Source: an uncultured Gemmatimonadaceae bacterium
GTDB lineage: Bacteria; Gemmatimonadota; Gemmatimonadetes; Gemmatimonadales; Gemmatimonadaceae
Direction: 5' to 3'
Assembly: GCA_963790305.1 (NCBI GenBank)
Contig: CAWBOC010000005.1
Span: 512,001 to 576,000, forward strand
DNA length: 64,000 bases
A program made the translations under genes and the position numbers. This document shows, piece by piece, positions 10,160 to 18,987 of the stretch (its first letter is position 1; the number at the start of each line of letters is the position of its first letter). The notes beneath the pieces were generated by a model. The model worked only from the letters and a program-made list of their open reading frames with translations, was not told where the DNA came from and made no database searches.

Positions 10160-10935
10160 CGTGGAACCTCCACGCGCGCCACATCGAGGGCGGCGTCGAT
10201 GTCGGCACGGTGGCGCGTGTACTCGTCGCGATTCCGCCGTCGCTCGGCGGGCTCTGCCGCGATCAGGCGACGTTCGAACGTGGAGGCAGCCGATTCGTTT
10301 CCGGCCAGGCGCGCCGCCCGAATGGCCAGCACGAGTCCGAGCAGATGGTTCGGCTCGGTGCGGAGAATGGTGTCGGCCTGCGACCGCGCAAAGTCAGCGA
10401 GGCCGGCGACTTCCGCGATGCGCCCCATGTCGTAGCGCGCGTCGAGGTCGAGTGGCTGGAGCATTTGGAACGCGGGGATGGCCATCTGCGCAAAGAATTG
10501 AACGCTGTCGGTGCGGCCACGCTCGTGCAGCGCCATGATGCGATCGAACAGGCGGTCAGCGCGTTCACGTGGAGTGAGCTGCGAGATATCGGGAGCGCGC
10601 GCCATGGGCTGGTCGGGAGCGACCCCACCCAACGGCGTTTGAGGGAGCGCGCTGGGCTGACTAAAGCGCTGTGCGGCGACGAGCGCGATGAGGGCAACGA
10701 GCGCGATCGACGCGACAATCCAGGGGATGGCGTTGGTCGCGCGATCGGGTGTCGGTCCTTCGCTCGCGGCGCCGACCGGAGCGCCGCAGTGATGGCAGAA
10801 GCGCGCGCCTGGGGTGAGCGACGACCCGCAGCTTCTACAGGTCGCGCCCTCGAGCGGCGCGCCGCAGTTGGCGCAAAAGCGCCCCTCGGCGGCAGCCCCG
10901 CACGAGGGGCAGATGGTGGTTGTGGGAGCGGCCAT
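10156..10935 (-). CDS. Double zinc-ribbon membrane protein
   Basis: Four CxxC pairs (CPSC, CANC, CRSC, CHHC), one TM helix, helical C-terminal domain. Confidence 0.75.
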   Translation of the reverse strand: MAAPTTTICPSCGAAAEGRFCANCGAPLEGATCRSCGSSLTPGARFCHHCGAPVGAASEGPTPDRATNAIPWIVASIALVALIALVAAQRFSQPSALPQTPLGGVAPDQPMARAPDISQLTPRERADRLFDRIMALHERGRTDSVQFFAQMAIPAFQMLQPLDLDARYDMGRIAEVAGLADFARSQADTILRTEPNHLLGLVLAIRAARLAGNESAASTFERRLIAAEPAERRRNRDEYTRHRADIDAALDVARVEVPR

Positions 10936-10959
10936 GCGGGGAATGTAGTGAAACGAGGT

Positions 10960-11066
10960 CGCTGGAGAAGCGCCGGAAAAGGCGCTGCACGCTTGGACGA
11001 ATTGCGGCTCGCGCGTTAGGATTCCCCCAGCGCTATTCCAGCGCTGATCCAGCGCCTTTCCAGCGC
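10960..11066. repeat. 11-nt-period tandem-inverted repeat (CCAGCGC core) in a divergent promoter region
   Basis: ccagcgc at 11027, 11038, 11049, 11060; degenerate inverted copies at about 10960-10988. Confidence 0.7.
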
Positions 11067-11075
11067 CCCTTCTCG

Positions 11076-11348
11076 ATGACCGATCCCCAGCTCCGGCTCT
11101 TTCCGGGTGTTGGCTCCAAACGGATGGGCGAGCTACGACGTGGATCCACGTCGTGGGACGTGTTTCTCGAGTGTGAGAGCGACCGCGCGAATAGTCCTAC
11201 GCGCGGTCGCATTCATTTCGTGGCTGGTGGCTGCACGCGCACGAGCGCGTGGATCTTCCTGGAGTGGACCACGCGGGACGTGGAGGAACGCTTCTACGAG
11301 TTTGCCGCTGGGGAGCTCTGGGGGCTCGTCGAGGGGATTGGGGACTGA
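11076..11348 (+). CDS. Hypothetical protein
   Basis: ORF MTDPQLRLFPG...; plausible globular composition; start uncertain. Confidence 0.55.
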   Translation: MTDPQLRLFPGVGSKRMGELRRGSTSWDVFLECESDRANSPTRGRIHFVAGGCTRTSAWIFLEWTTRDVEERFYEFAAGELWGLVEGIGD

Positions 11349-11351
11349 CGA

Positions 11352-11404
11352 ACGCGGAACCTGCGGAATGCGGAACGAGCGAATCCGCATTCCGCATTCC
11401 GTAT
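11352..11404. repeat. Tandem-inverted heptamer repeat (GCGGAAT)
   Basis: tgcggaatgcggaac ... ccgcattccgcattccgta between convergent genes. Confidence 0.75.
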
Positions 11405-11407
11405 GCG

Positions 11408-11851
11408 TCAGCTCGTGTGTCTCCCGCCCGGATCGCTGATCTTCTCGATCGTGCGCTCGGCCTTTTTGTCGTCGCGCGCTTCGCGAACAATGTCGGCCTG
11501 GGCAACGATGCCGACGAGCGCGCCGCGCTCGTCCACGACGGGGATGCGCCGGACCTGCTCCTTGCCCATGAGGTCCATGACCGAATCGACGTCGTCCTCC
11601 TCACGCGCCGTGCGCACGCTGGAGGTCATTGCTTCGCTCACGGGACAGCTCGATGAATCGTGCCCTTCGGCAACATGCCGGATGGCAATGTCGCGGTCGG
11701 TGACAATGCCGACGAGGCGGTCCGACCCGTCGCGGTCGACGACCGGGAGGACGCCGACATCCTCTTCCTTCATGAGCCGCGCCGCCTCACGCACCGATGT
11801 TTCCGGCGTGACGGACTTCGGCTTCCTGGTCATGATATCTTTGGCCTTCAT
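11408..11851 (-). CDS. CBS-domain pair protein
   Basis: KAKDIMT, VGVLPVVD, LVGIVTDRDI, VRRIPVVD. Confidence 0.92.
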   Translation of the reverse strand: MKAKDIMTRKPKSVTPETSVREAARLMKEEDVGVLPVVDRDGSDRLVGIVTDRDIAIRHVAEGHDSSSCPVSEAMTSSVRTAREEDDVDSVMDLMGKEQVRRIPVVDERGALVGIVAQADIVREARDDKKAERTIEKISDPGGRHTS

Positions 11852-11887
11852 GGTACTCGACTCCTAGCTCGGGACAGGGTTGGCAGT

Positions 11888-11903
11888 CGCAATCCGCTTG
11901 CCA
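11888..11903 (-). promoter_or_regulatory. Putative sigma54 (-24/-12) promoter for the CBS gene
   Basis: Minus strand TGGCAAGCGGATTGCG, GG-N10-GC spacing, about 40 nt upstream of the ATG. Confidence 0.6.
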
Positions 11904-11986
11904 GCGCGTGAGGGAAGACGACGGCTCCTCCCGCTTGACCTGGAACCACTTCCCTCCTCCCGCAGCCACCAAGTACGATACGCCCC

Positions 11987-13351
11987 GTGCCACGACAGAC
12001 GCGCTCCACGCTCCCTGACGTTCGTGGCGCGACCGCCAACGACATTCTGGCGCTCGCGCGCCAGCACCACGTTCGCTTCCTGCGACTACAGTTCACCGAC
12101 ATCCTCGGCATCAACAAGAACGTCGAGGTGCCGTCGTCGCAGTTCGAGAAGGCGCTTGCCGGCGACATCATGTTCGACGGGTCCTCGATCGAGGGGTTCG
12201 TACGGATCGAAGAGTCGGACATGCTCCTCGCACCCGATCTCAACACGTTTCGGGTGTTTCCGTGGGGAGATGCCGAGAGCCGCGTCGCTCGCGTCATCTG
12301 CGACATCAACCTGCCGGATGGGAGTGCCTTTCCGGGCGACCCGCGCGGGGCGCTCAAGCGACAGATCGCACGCGCCGCGCAGATGGGATTCGTCATGAAT
12401 GCCGGTATGGAAGCGGAGTTCTTCCTCTTCAAGCCCGGCACCGCGGGAGAAGCCACGACCACCACGCATGATGTGGGCAGCTACTTCGACCTTGCACCCG
12501 CCGATCTCGGCGAAGACGCCAGGCGCGCGATCGTCGACGTGCTCGAGCAGATGGGATTCGAGGTCGAGGCGGCGCACCACGAGGTCGCGCACGGGCAGCA
12601 CGAAATCGACTTCCGTTACGCGGACGCGATGACGACGGCCGACAACATCGCGACTTTCCGCTTCGTCGTGAAGCACGTGGCGCAGCGATTCGGGCTTTTC
12701 GCGTCGTTCATGCCGAAGCCGATCTTCGGACAGAACGGCAGCGGCATGCACACGCATCAGTCGCTCTTCCGCGACGATGAGAACGCGTTCTGGGATCAGA
12801 AGGCGGAGTGGGAGCTGTCGCGGACGGCGCTGCATTACATTGGCGGCCTCTTGAAGCACGCGCGCGGATTCTGCGCGATCACGAACCCGCTGGTGAACTC
12901 CTACAAGCGGCTGGTGCCGGGCTACGAAGCGCCGGTGAACGTCGCCTGGTCGATGCGAAATCGCTCACCGCTGATCCGAATTCCGGAGCGGCGAGGGCAA
13001 GGCACCCGCGTCGAGCTCCGTATGCCAGACCCCGCCGCGAACCCGTATCTTGCCCTGGCGGTAATGCTCGCTGCCGGACTCGAAGGGATCGAGACCCAGG
13101 CCGATTGGCGCGAGCCGGTGAACGTCAACATCTGGGAGATGTCGCATCGCGAGAAGCGGCGGCTCCGGATCGACGATCTTCCACACGATCTCAACGAGGC
13201 GTGTGATGAGCTCGACAAAGACCGGGCGATTCGTGACGCGCTCGGCGATCACATTACCGAGCACTTTCTCGCCGCGAAGCGCGAGGAGTGGCGCGACTAC
13301 ATCACGCAGGTGTCTCCGTGGGAGCTCGAGAGCTACCTCGCGAAGTACTGA
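11987..13351 (+). CDS. glnA: Glutamine synthetase type I
   Basis: FDGSSIEGFVRIEESDM, HHEVA, FMPKP, NGSGMH, NSYKRLVPGYEAP, ELRMPDP. Confidence 0.96.
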   Translation: MPRQTRSTLPDVRGATANDILALARQHHVRFLRLQFTDILGINKNVEVPSSQFEKALAGDIMFDGSSIEGFVRIEESDMLLAPDLNTFRVFPWGDAESRVARVICDINLPDGSAFPGDPRGALKRQIARAAQMGFVMNAGMEAEFFLFKPGTAGEATTTTHDVGSYFDLAPADLGEDARRAIVDVLEQMGFEVEAAHHEVAHGQHEIDFRYADAMTTADNIATFRFVVKHVAQRFGLFASFMPKPIFGQNGSGMHTHQSLFRDDENAFWDQKAEWELSRTALHYIGGLLKHARGFCAITNPLVNSYKRLVPGYEAPVNVAWSMRNRSPLIRIPERRGQGTRVELRMPDPAANPYLALAVMLAAGLEGIETQADWREPVNVNIWEMSHREKRRLRIDDLPHDLNEACDELDKDRAIRDALGDHITEHFLAAKREEWRDYITQVSPWELESYLAKY

Positions 13352-13375
13352 GGTGATCGAAGAGGGGTGCGCGGT

Positions 13376-14614
13376 GTGAGTCTTACCTCCAAGGTGCTGG
13401 TTGGTGTGTTGGTCCTGCTGGTTGGGGGACTCGTCGTCGTGCGCCGAGCGCTCGACCGCGACACCGCATCCGGCGCGACCGCATCGATGGCGCATGCGGG
13501 TCATGGCGCGCAGCATGGCTCGCCGCAGGCGGGCGTGGACTGGACGCGCGTCACCGATCGGGACCTCGACATCGCCGAGCTGTTCGTCACCGCGCGGCGA
13601 CAAGGAGTCGCGGAGGCCCTGCGTAGCCTCGAGTCACTCGCCGCCGCCGACACGGCCTTGTCCAGCATGGGTCACGTCATCGCCCACGCGCTTGGGCGCT
13701 TTGCCGTCGCGCAGCGCGACGGCGATCCTGCCGTGTATGCCGGCTGCCGAGAAGTCTTTCAAGCGGGCTGCAACCACGGCGTCATGGAGGGGTATTTCGC
13801 GTCCCCACGCGCGGCGAATGCGGACGCTGTCAGGCCGCAGGCGCTCGACTCGCTGTGCGCGAAGATTTCGCGGCCGGGGGCGGCACGGCTCGTGTCGCTC
13901 GAATGCGCCCACGGTACGGGACACGGGCTCGTGGCGCGCTATGACGGCGACGTTCGTCAGGCACTTGGGACGTGCGATCATCTGATGCAGCGCGACGCGC
14001 GCGAAGAGTGCCACGACGGCGTTTTCATGGAGAACGCCGTCCGCGGAACGACCTCGGTGGACATGCGCGTCGGTGATGCGGCGGTGCGGACCGCGGGTCG
14101 CCGCCAGCAGCCGCTCGTGCGTCGTGACGATCTCCTGTTTCCGTGCGACGACGTGGATGAAAGGTACCGTGCGTCGTGCTGGAAGTATCAGCCCATCATC
14201 ATCGTGGACGCCGTCCGCGGCGATGAGGCGCGCACGCTGGACGCCTGCACACGCGCGCCGGGCGCGTATCACCCCCAATGCTACTTCGGCGTTGGAAAGC
14301 AGGGCACCGGGTGGTGGGAAGATCAGCGTCGCGTCGCGCAACTCTGCGAGCGGGTACCGTCCGCGCACCGCGGGTCGTGTACCGCCGGGGCAGTGGAATC
14401 GTACCTCGACGAGATGTGGACCGTCGACCGCGCGATGGCGTTCTGCGGTGTCGTGGCCGCCGAAGCGAAGAGCGGCTGCTACCAGGCCATCGGATCGCGC
14501 CTCGCCATCATGCGTACCGACTATCCCACCATCGAAAGCGAGTGCCGGCGCGCAGAGCGCGGCTTCGCGGCTGCCTGCACGAAGGGCGTGGCGCTGGTGT
14601 GGCTCCGGAGCTAA
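13376..14614 (+). CDS. Exported/membrane-anchored Cys/His-repeat protein of unknown function
   Basis: N-terminal TM helix; CNHGVME, CAHGTGHG, CHDGVFMEN and regularly spaced Cys. Confidence 0.7.
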   Translation: MSLTSKVLVGVLVLLVGGLVVVRRALDRDTASGATASMAHAGHGAQHGSPQAGVDWTRVTDRDLDIAELFVTARRQGVAEALRSLESLAAADTALSSMGHVIAHALGRFAVAQRDGDPAVYAGCREVFQAGCNHGVMEGYFASPRAANADAVRPQALDSLCAKISRPGAARLVSLECAHGTGHGLVARYDGDVRQALGTCDHLMQRDAREECHDGVFMENAVRGTTSVDMRVGDAAVRTAGRRQQPLVRRDDLLFPCDDVDERYRASCWKYQPIIIVDAVRGDEARTLDACTRAPGAYHPQCYFGVGKQGTGWWEDQRRVAQLCERVPSAHRGSCTAGAVESYLDEMWTVDRAMAFCGVVAAEAKSGCYQAIGSRLAIMRTDYPTIESECRRAERGFAAACTKGVALVWLRS

Positions 14615-15798
14615 AGATCGACTGACAAAATCGCCCTGAGCCCCAGCGCAGCCATCGCTAACGCGACGAAGATGCCGGCCGCCGTGAGCCATGCGGGGTG
14701 CCGGTAGTCTCCGACGATGCGCACCCGGTACGCCGCGATCAACATCGCCCCGAGCGAGAGGGGGAGAATGAGCCCGTTGATCGCGCCGACCAGCACGAGC
14801 ACGGTCACGGGCCGGCCAATGACCAGGAAGATCGCCGCCGAGATGGCGATGAACGCAATGATGGCGCGGCCCGGGGCGCGATCGATGCGCGGGCTCACCG
14901 ACCGGAGGAACGACACCGAGGTGTACGCCGAGCCGACCACGGAGGTGATCGCCGCCGCCCACATCACGACGCCGAAGATCCGCTGGCCGAGGTCACCGGC
15001 GGCCTGCTGGAACGCGGAGGCGGCCGGGTTGGCGGCATCGAGGGTCGCCCCATGGGCGACGACGCCGAGCGTCGCCAGAAACAGGAGGATCCGCATCAGT
15101 GACGCCACGCCGATGCCTAACGAAGCGGAGCGGGTGACCACACCGAGGGATTCGCGGCCGTGGACGCCGGCGTCGATGAGCCGATGCGCGCCGGCAAAGG
15201 TGATGTAGCCGCCCACGGTGCCACCGACGATCGTCACGATCGAGAGCGGATCGACCTCCAGCGGCGCGAACGTGCGAATGACCGCCTCGCCAAGCGGCGG
15301 TCGCGCGCTGATCACCACGTAGATGGTGAGCGCGATCATGACGAATCCCAGGATCTGCGCGAAGCGATCCATCACGCGTCCTGCCTCACGCGCCATGAAG
15401 AGTCCGATCGCGACGGCCGCGCTCACCGCCGCGCCCGTCTTCACATCGATGCCCGCGAGCGCGTTCAGGCCCAGCCCGGTCCCGGCAATGTTGCCGATGT
15501 TGAAAGCCAGCCCGCCTAACGCCACCAGCGCGGCGAGCAGGTGTCCGAGACCCGGGGCGACGGCGTTCGCGACGTCCTGCGCCCGGCGCCTGGCGACCGC
15601 CAGCACCCGCCAGATATTGAGCTGGGCGCCGAGGTCGAACAGGATCGAGATGAGAATCGCGAAGCCGAAGCTGGCGCCGAGCTGCGCCGTGAACACCGCC
15701 GTCTGCGTGAGGAAGCCGGGTCCGATGGCTGAGGTGGCCATCAGGAACGCGGCTCCGACGGTGGCGGTCGTGATCGCGCCGCGACGAGGATCGGTCAT
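14611..15798 (-). CDS. NRAMP-like (YcsG-type) membrane transporter
   Basis: GAAFLMATSAIGPGFLTQT, GGTVGGYITFAGAHR; about 11 TM helices. Confidence 0.88.
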   Translation of the reverse strand: MTDPRRGAITTATVGAAFLMATSAIGPGFLTQTAVFTAQLGASFGFAILISILFDLGAQLNIWRVLAVARRRAQDVANAVAPGLGHLLAALVALGGLAFNIGNIAGTGLGLNALAGIDVKTGAAVSAAVAIGLFMAREAGRVMDRFAQILGFVMIALTIYVVISARPPLGEAVIRTFAPLEVDPLSIVTIVGGTVGGYITFAGAHRLIDAGVHGRESLGVVTRSASLGIGVASLMRILLFLATLGVVAHGATLDAANPAASAFQQAAGDLGQRIFGVVMWAAAITSVVGSAYTSVSFLRSVSPRIDRAPGRAIIAFIAISAAIFLVIGRPVTVLVLVGAINGLILPLSLGAMLIAAYRVRIVGDYRHPAWLTAAGIFVALAMAALGLRAILSVDL

Positions 15799-15813
15799 GG
15801 CGCCTTATACGAC

Positions 15814-15845
15814 ACGAAGGGCCTTCCGATCGGAAGGCCCTTCGT
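15814..15845. terminator. Perfect 32-bp palindrome, probable terminator of the lipoprotein gene
   Basis: acgaagggccttccga|tcggaaggcccttcgt directly after stop at 15849. Confidence 0.6.
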
Positions 15846-15848
15846 CAG

Positions 15849-17336
15849 TTACGGCTTGGTCTTTTGGTTCTTTGCGCCAGGTGGCCGTATCTCCGGTTTG
15901 CCTTGCGATTTCTCGTCCGGCTTGCCGGTGGCTTTGTCCTCGGCCTTCGCTTCGGACTTCTCTTCCTTCGCTTCCGCCTTCACCTCGGCCTTCTCTTCCT
16001 GCTTGGCTTCTGGCTTCGAGGCCGGCTCTTCCTGCTTCTGTACCGGGTCGGGCTCGGGCTTCGACACCGGAGTCTCGGGCTGGCGCGGCGGCTCGACCGT
16101 CACGGCCGGCTTTTCAGCCTTGTGCTCGATCTTCTCCGCCTCTTGCTCGGCCTTCTGCTCGTGGCGGATCTGCTTCTCTTCCTGCTTGTCCTCTTGGCGG
16201 ATCTGCTTCTCTTCCTGCTTCTGCTCCTGGCGGACCTGCTTCTCCTCCTGGCGCTCCTGCTTGACCTCGACCTTCTCCGCCTGCTTGTCCGGCTGCTGCG
16301 GCTGCCCGTTGGTCGGGGTGTCGACGCGTGGTCCGCGACGCGGGTCGTTGGTCTTCTCGTTCTCGATCCCGCGTCCCTTCACGTTCGGATCATCGGTATG
16401 GCCATAGGCGTTGCCGTTGCCGCGCTTCTCCTTCTCCTTCTGCTTCTCCTTCACGTCCTTGACGTCGTTGTTCGTGTCGGTGCGCGGAGGGTCACGGTCG
16501 ATGACCATGGGCGCGTGCTCCGGCGGCGTCGGCTCGCTCACGCGATCGATCGGTGCGCGAACGGGCGTCGTCTCTGGGAGACGGCGACGAGCGCGCTGCC
16601 CATTGCCGACGACGATCGAGTCGGGACGCGTCGGCGCCGATCTAACGATGGTCCCGCCCGATGGCGCGTTGACGGGGCACCAGGCGCGGTCGGCGACTTC
16701 CTCCGGAACCTCGTAGACCGTGCGGTTCGCGCAGTAGATGCGGACGGTGCGATACGGATCGCTCGCATACGTCGCGGCGAGCGCGTAGGCGTCTTCCGCC
16801 CACGACTCGTCGATGACCGAGGGAAGGAAGGCGCGCGAGATGGCCCGCATCGTCACGTACGGGTTCGTGCCTCGATAGGCGGCGGGGCCGAGTACGCGGC
16901 GCATGTAGCTCGGGTGGAACGCTTCGTCGGGCAGCCGAAGCGGCTCATCCGAGGCGATCGCATACACCCAGCGCGCCGGCACCGCGGTTCCCGAGGGACG
17001 CCCGTAGTACATCGTCGACTGAACCTTCCACGACACCGGGACCCAGTTCAGGCCCGCCAGCATCCAGGTGCGCTGGTGCGCGTACGACGGCGCGAGCAGT
17101 GCGACGCCGCGGTCGGGCACGATTTCGAACAGCGCCACGTACGATGGGCGGTTCGTTTGCACGACCAGCTGTCCGCGGATGGGCCGCGCGAGCGTGATCT
17201 CGAGTGGCGCGATACGCGGTGGCGGTGGCGGCGGTGGCGGCGCGGGACGACGGACGACGTACACGTTGCCCGAAGAGCACGCGGCGAGCACGATGGACGC
17301 AACGAGCGTTGCGACGCGGCGAAGTGGAGTACGCAT
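15849..17336 (-). CDS. Lipoprotein with folded N-terminal domain and charged repetitive C-terminal tail
   Basis: Lipobox LAAC, poly-Pro linker, KQEEKQ(I/V)RQE repeats. Confidence 0.7.
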   Translation of the reverse strand: MRTPLRRVATLVASIVLAACSSGNVYVVRRPAPPPPPPPPRIAPLEITLARPIRGQLVVQTNRPSYVALFEIVPDRGVALLAPSYAHQRTWMLAGLNWVPVSWKVQSTMYYGRPSGTAVPARWVYAIASDEPLRLPDEAFHPSYMRRVLGPAAYRGTNPYVTMRAISRAFLPSVIDESWAEDAYALAATYASDPYRTVRIYCANRTVYEVPEEVADRAWCPVNAPSGGTIVRSAPTRPDSIVVGNGQRARRRLPETTPVRAPIDRVSEPTPPEHAPMVIDRDPPRTDTNNDVKDVKEKQKEKEKRGNGNAYGHTDDPNVKGRGIENEKTNDPRRGPRVDTPTNGQPQQPDKQAEKVEVKQERQEEKQVRQEQKQEEKQIRQEDKQEEKQIRHEQKAEQEAEKIEHKAEKPAVTVEPPRQPETPVSKPEPDPVQKQEEPASKPEAKQEEKAEVKAEAKEEKSEAKAEDKATGKPDEKSQGKPEIRPPGAKNQKTKP

Positions 17337-17564
17337 GTGCGGGTCCTTGCCGGAAACGGCAGAGACGTCGGGAAATCAGAATTCGATGTCGGAATTCAGA
17401 GGGCACGATGACCTGCCTGTGCCCCTTGGTTGACGCGTGCAGGGTCGCTGTGGAAACGGGGATGGCGTTTGTTCGGGGCGGAACTTTTTACAGGCCTGCC
17501 CATCGCTCGGAACCGAGACTTGGTCTACATTGGTCGCCCCCTGCAACCATTTAGCGAGGATCCC

Positions 17565-18029
17565 ATGGCCAATCCGCCCAAGGGCTACCACACCGTCACG
17601 CCGGGCATCACGGTCAGCGACGGGGCGAAGGCGATCGAGTTCTACAAGGAGGCATTCGGAGCCGAGGAGGTGGAACGCATGGAAGGCCCCAATGGCTCGA
17701 TCATGCACGCGGAGATCCGCATCGGGGATTCGACCATCATGCTCGGGGGCGAGAATCCGATGTGGGGGATGAAGTCGCCACTCACCCTGGGCGGCGTCCA
17801 CGGCTCGCTTCACATCTACGTTGACGACGCCGACGCGGCCTTCGCCCGGGCGCTCGACGCCGGGTGCGAAGTCGCTCAGCCGCTGGAAGATGCCTTCTGG
17901 GGCGATCGCTATGGCAAAGTCACCGACCCCTTTGGTCACCAGTGGGGCCTGGCGACGCGCGTGAAGGAGTTGAGCAGGGAGGAGATGCGGAAGGCCGGGG
18001 AGGCGTGGATGCAGACGATGGCGGGGTGA
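17565..18029 (+). CDS. VOC/glyoxalase (PhnB-like) protein
   Basis: AIEFYKEAFGA, IMHAEIRIGDS, FWGDRYGKVTDPFGHQW; SD gagga. Confidence 0.93.
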   Translation: MANPPKGYHTVTPGITVSDGAKAIEFYKEAFGAEEVERMEGPNGSIMHAEIRIGDSTIMLGGENPMWGMKSPLTLGGVHGSLHIYVDDADAAFARALDAGCEVAQPLEDAFWGDRYGKVTDPFGHQWGLATRVKELSREEMRKAGEAWMQTMAG

Positions 18030-18157
18030 CTCCGGGGTGCGACAGTTGTGGTAGGCGACCATCGACTGTCGCACCAATCCATCGGAAGGCTAAAATCGCC
18101 GCGGGCTAAATTTGACGCAGATCGTTGTGGGCCAATCAGTTAGCACCACTCTACATA

Positions 18158-18172
18158 TGGCCCGTCGGTTGC
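18158..18172 (+). promoter_or_regulatory. Putative sigma54 promoter of the pyrrolyl cassette
   Basis: TGGCCCGTCGGTTGC, GG-N10-GC spacing. Confidence 0.5.
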
Positions 18173-18185
18173 GCTTGCCCCGCTC

Positions 18186-18234
18186 CGGTGCGAGCTCCCT
18201 CTGTGCTCGAAGGGAGCTCGCACCGTTTCTCTTT
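18186..18234 (+). terminator. Terminator-like hairpin within the 5' leader of the cassette
   Basis: 15-bp stem cggtgcgagctccct/agggagctcgcaccg followed by tttctcttt. Confidence 0.6.
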
Positions 18235-18275
18235 CCCCGTGGGGCGGTAACCCCCAACACCCGCACGCTATAGAT

Positions 18276-18953
18276 ATGTTCGAGATCGTTCGTCAGGATT
18301 TGCGCCGTTGTGTTCGCGTCAACCAGATGGGCACCTCTCATGGCCTGGCGGATTACCTCCGCGAGCTGTTCAACCCGGGAACGCAGGCGATCATCATCCA
18401 TCGCTTCGGCGTGTGGTCAGATCGAATCCGCTTTGTTCCGCTGCGTTATTTCCTCCGCACGGTGCACTTTCTGGTGCAGGCTTTCTTCCCCTGGCGCGCT
18501 GGTATCTACATCCCGATCAGGGCTGACATCGGGCCGGGGATAGCAATCCATACGTGGGGTGGGGGTGTCTTTTTGCCGGCCTGCAAGATCGGTCGGAATT
18601 TGACCATCATCGGAGGCGGCGTGCTGTTCGATTACGCCACGCTGGAGATTGGCGACAATGTGACGATCGGTGCCGGAACGAAGGGCACAGGCCGCCGGCG
18701 CATCGGTAACCGGGTCACGACGGGGCCCAACTCGGTCGTGATCGAGGACGTTCCCGATGACAGCCTCGTCTTCGGGAACCCGGGTCGCGTCATTGCAAAG
18801 CCGCGCCCGAGGCGGATGGGCGCGAGAGCTGGCGCCTCGAATGCGGCACAGCCCGCGCACGTCGCCAGCGAACCCAGCGCGATCAACGCGCCGGAGCCCG
18901 ACTCGGCTGCGACCGCCCCGTCCGTCAGCGCTCCGCGGCTCGCGGCGCTCTAG
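18276..18953 (+). CDS. Serine-acetyltransferase-like hexapeptide (LbH) acyltransferase
   Basis: IHRFG helix region, ADIGPG, IGDNVTIGAG, IGNRVTTGPNSVV, VPDDSLVFGNPGR. Confidence 0.8.
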   Translation: MFEIVRQDLRRCVRVNQMGTSHGLADYLRELFNPGTQAIIIHRFGVWSDRIRFVPLRYFLRTVHFLVQAFFPWRAGIYIPIRADIGPGIAIHTWGGGVFLPACKIGRNLTIIGGGVLFDYATLEIGDNVTIGAGTKGTGRRRIGNRVTTGPNSVVIEDVPDDSLVFGNPGRVIAKPRPRRMGARAGASNAAQPAHVASEPSAINAPEPDSAATAPSVSAPRLAAL

Positions 18954-18987
18954 TCTCCTCCTTCCCTAACGAGACGCACGGCGCGCC

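Noticed and set aside
15864..17411. 515-aa Leu-rich ORF on + strand
   Set aside because: Mirror of the Lys/Glu/Gln-rich lipoprotein on the minus strand
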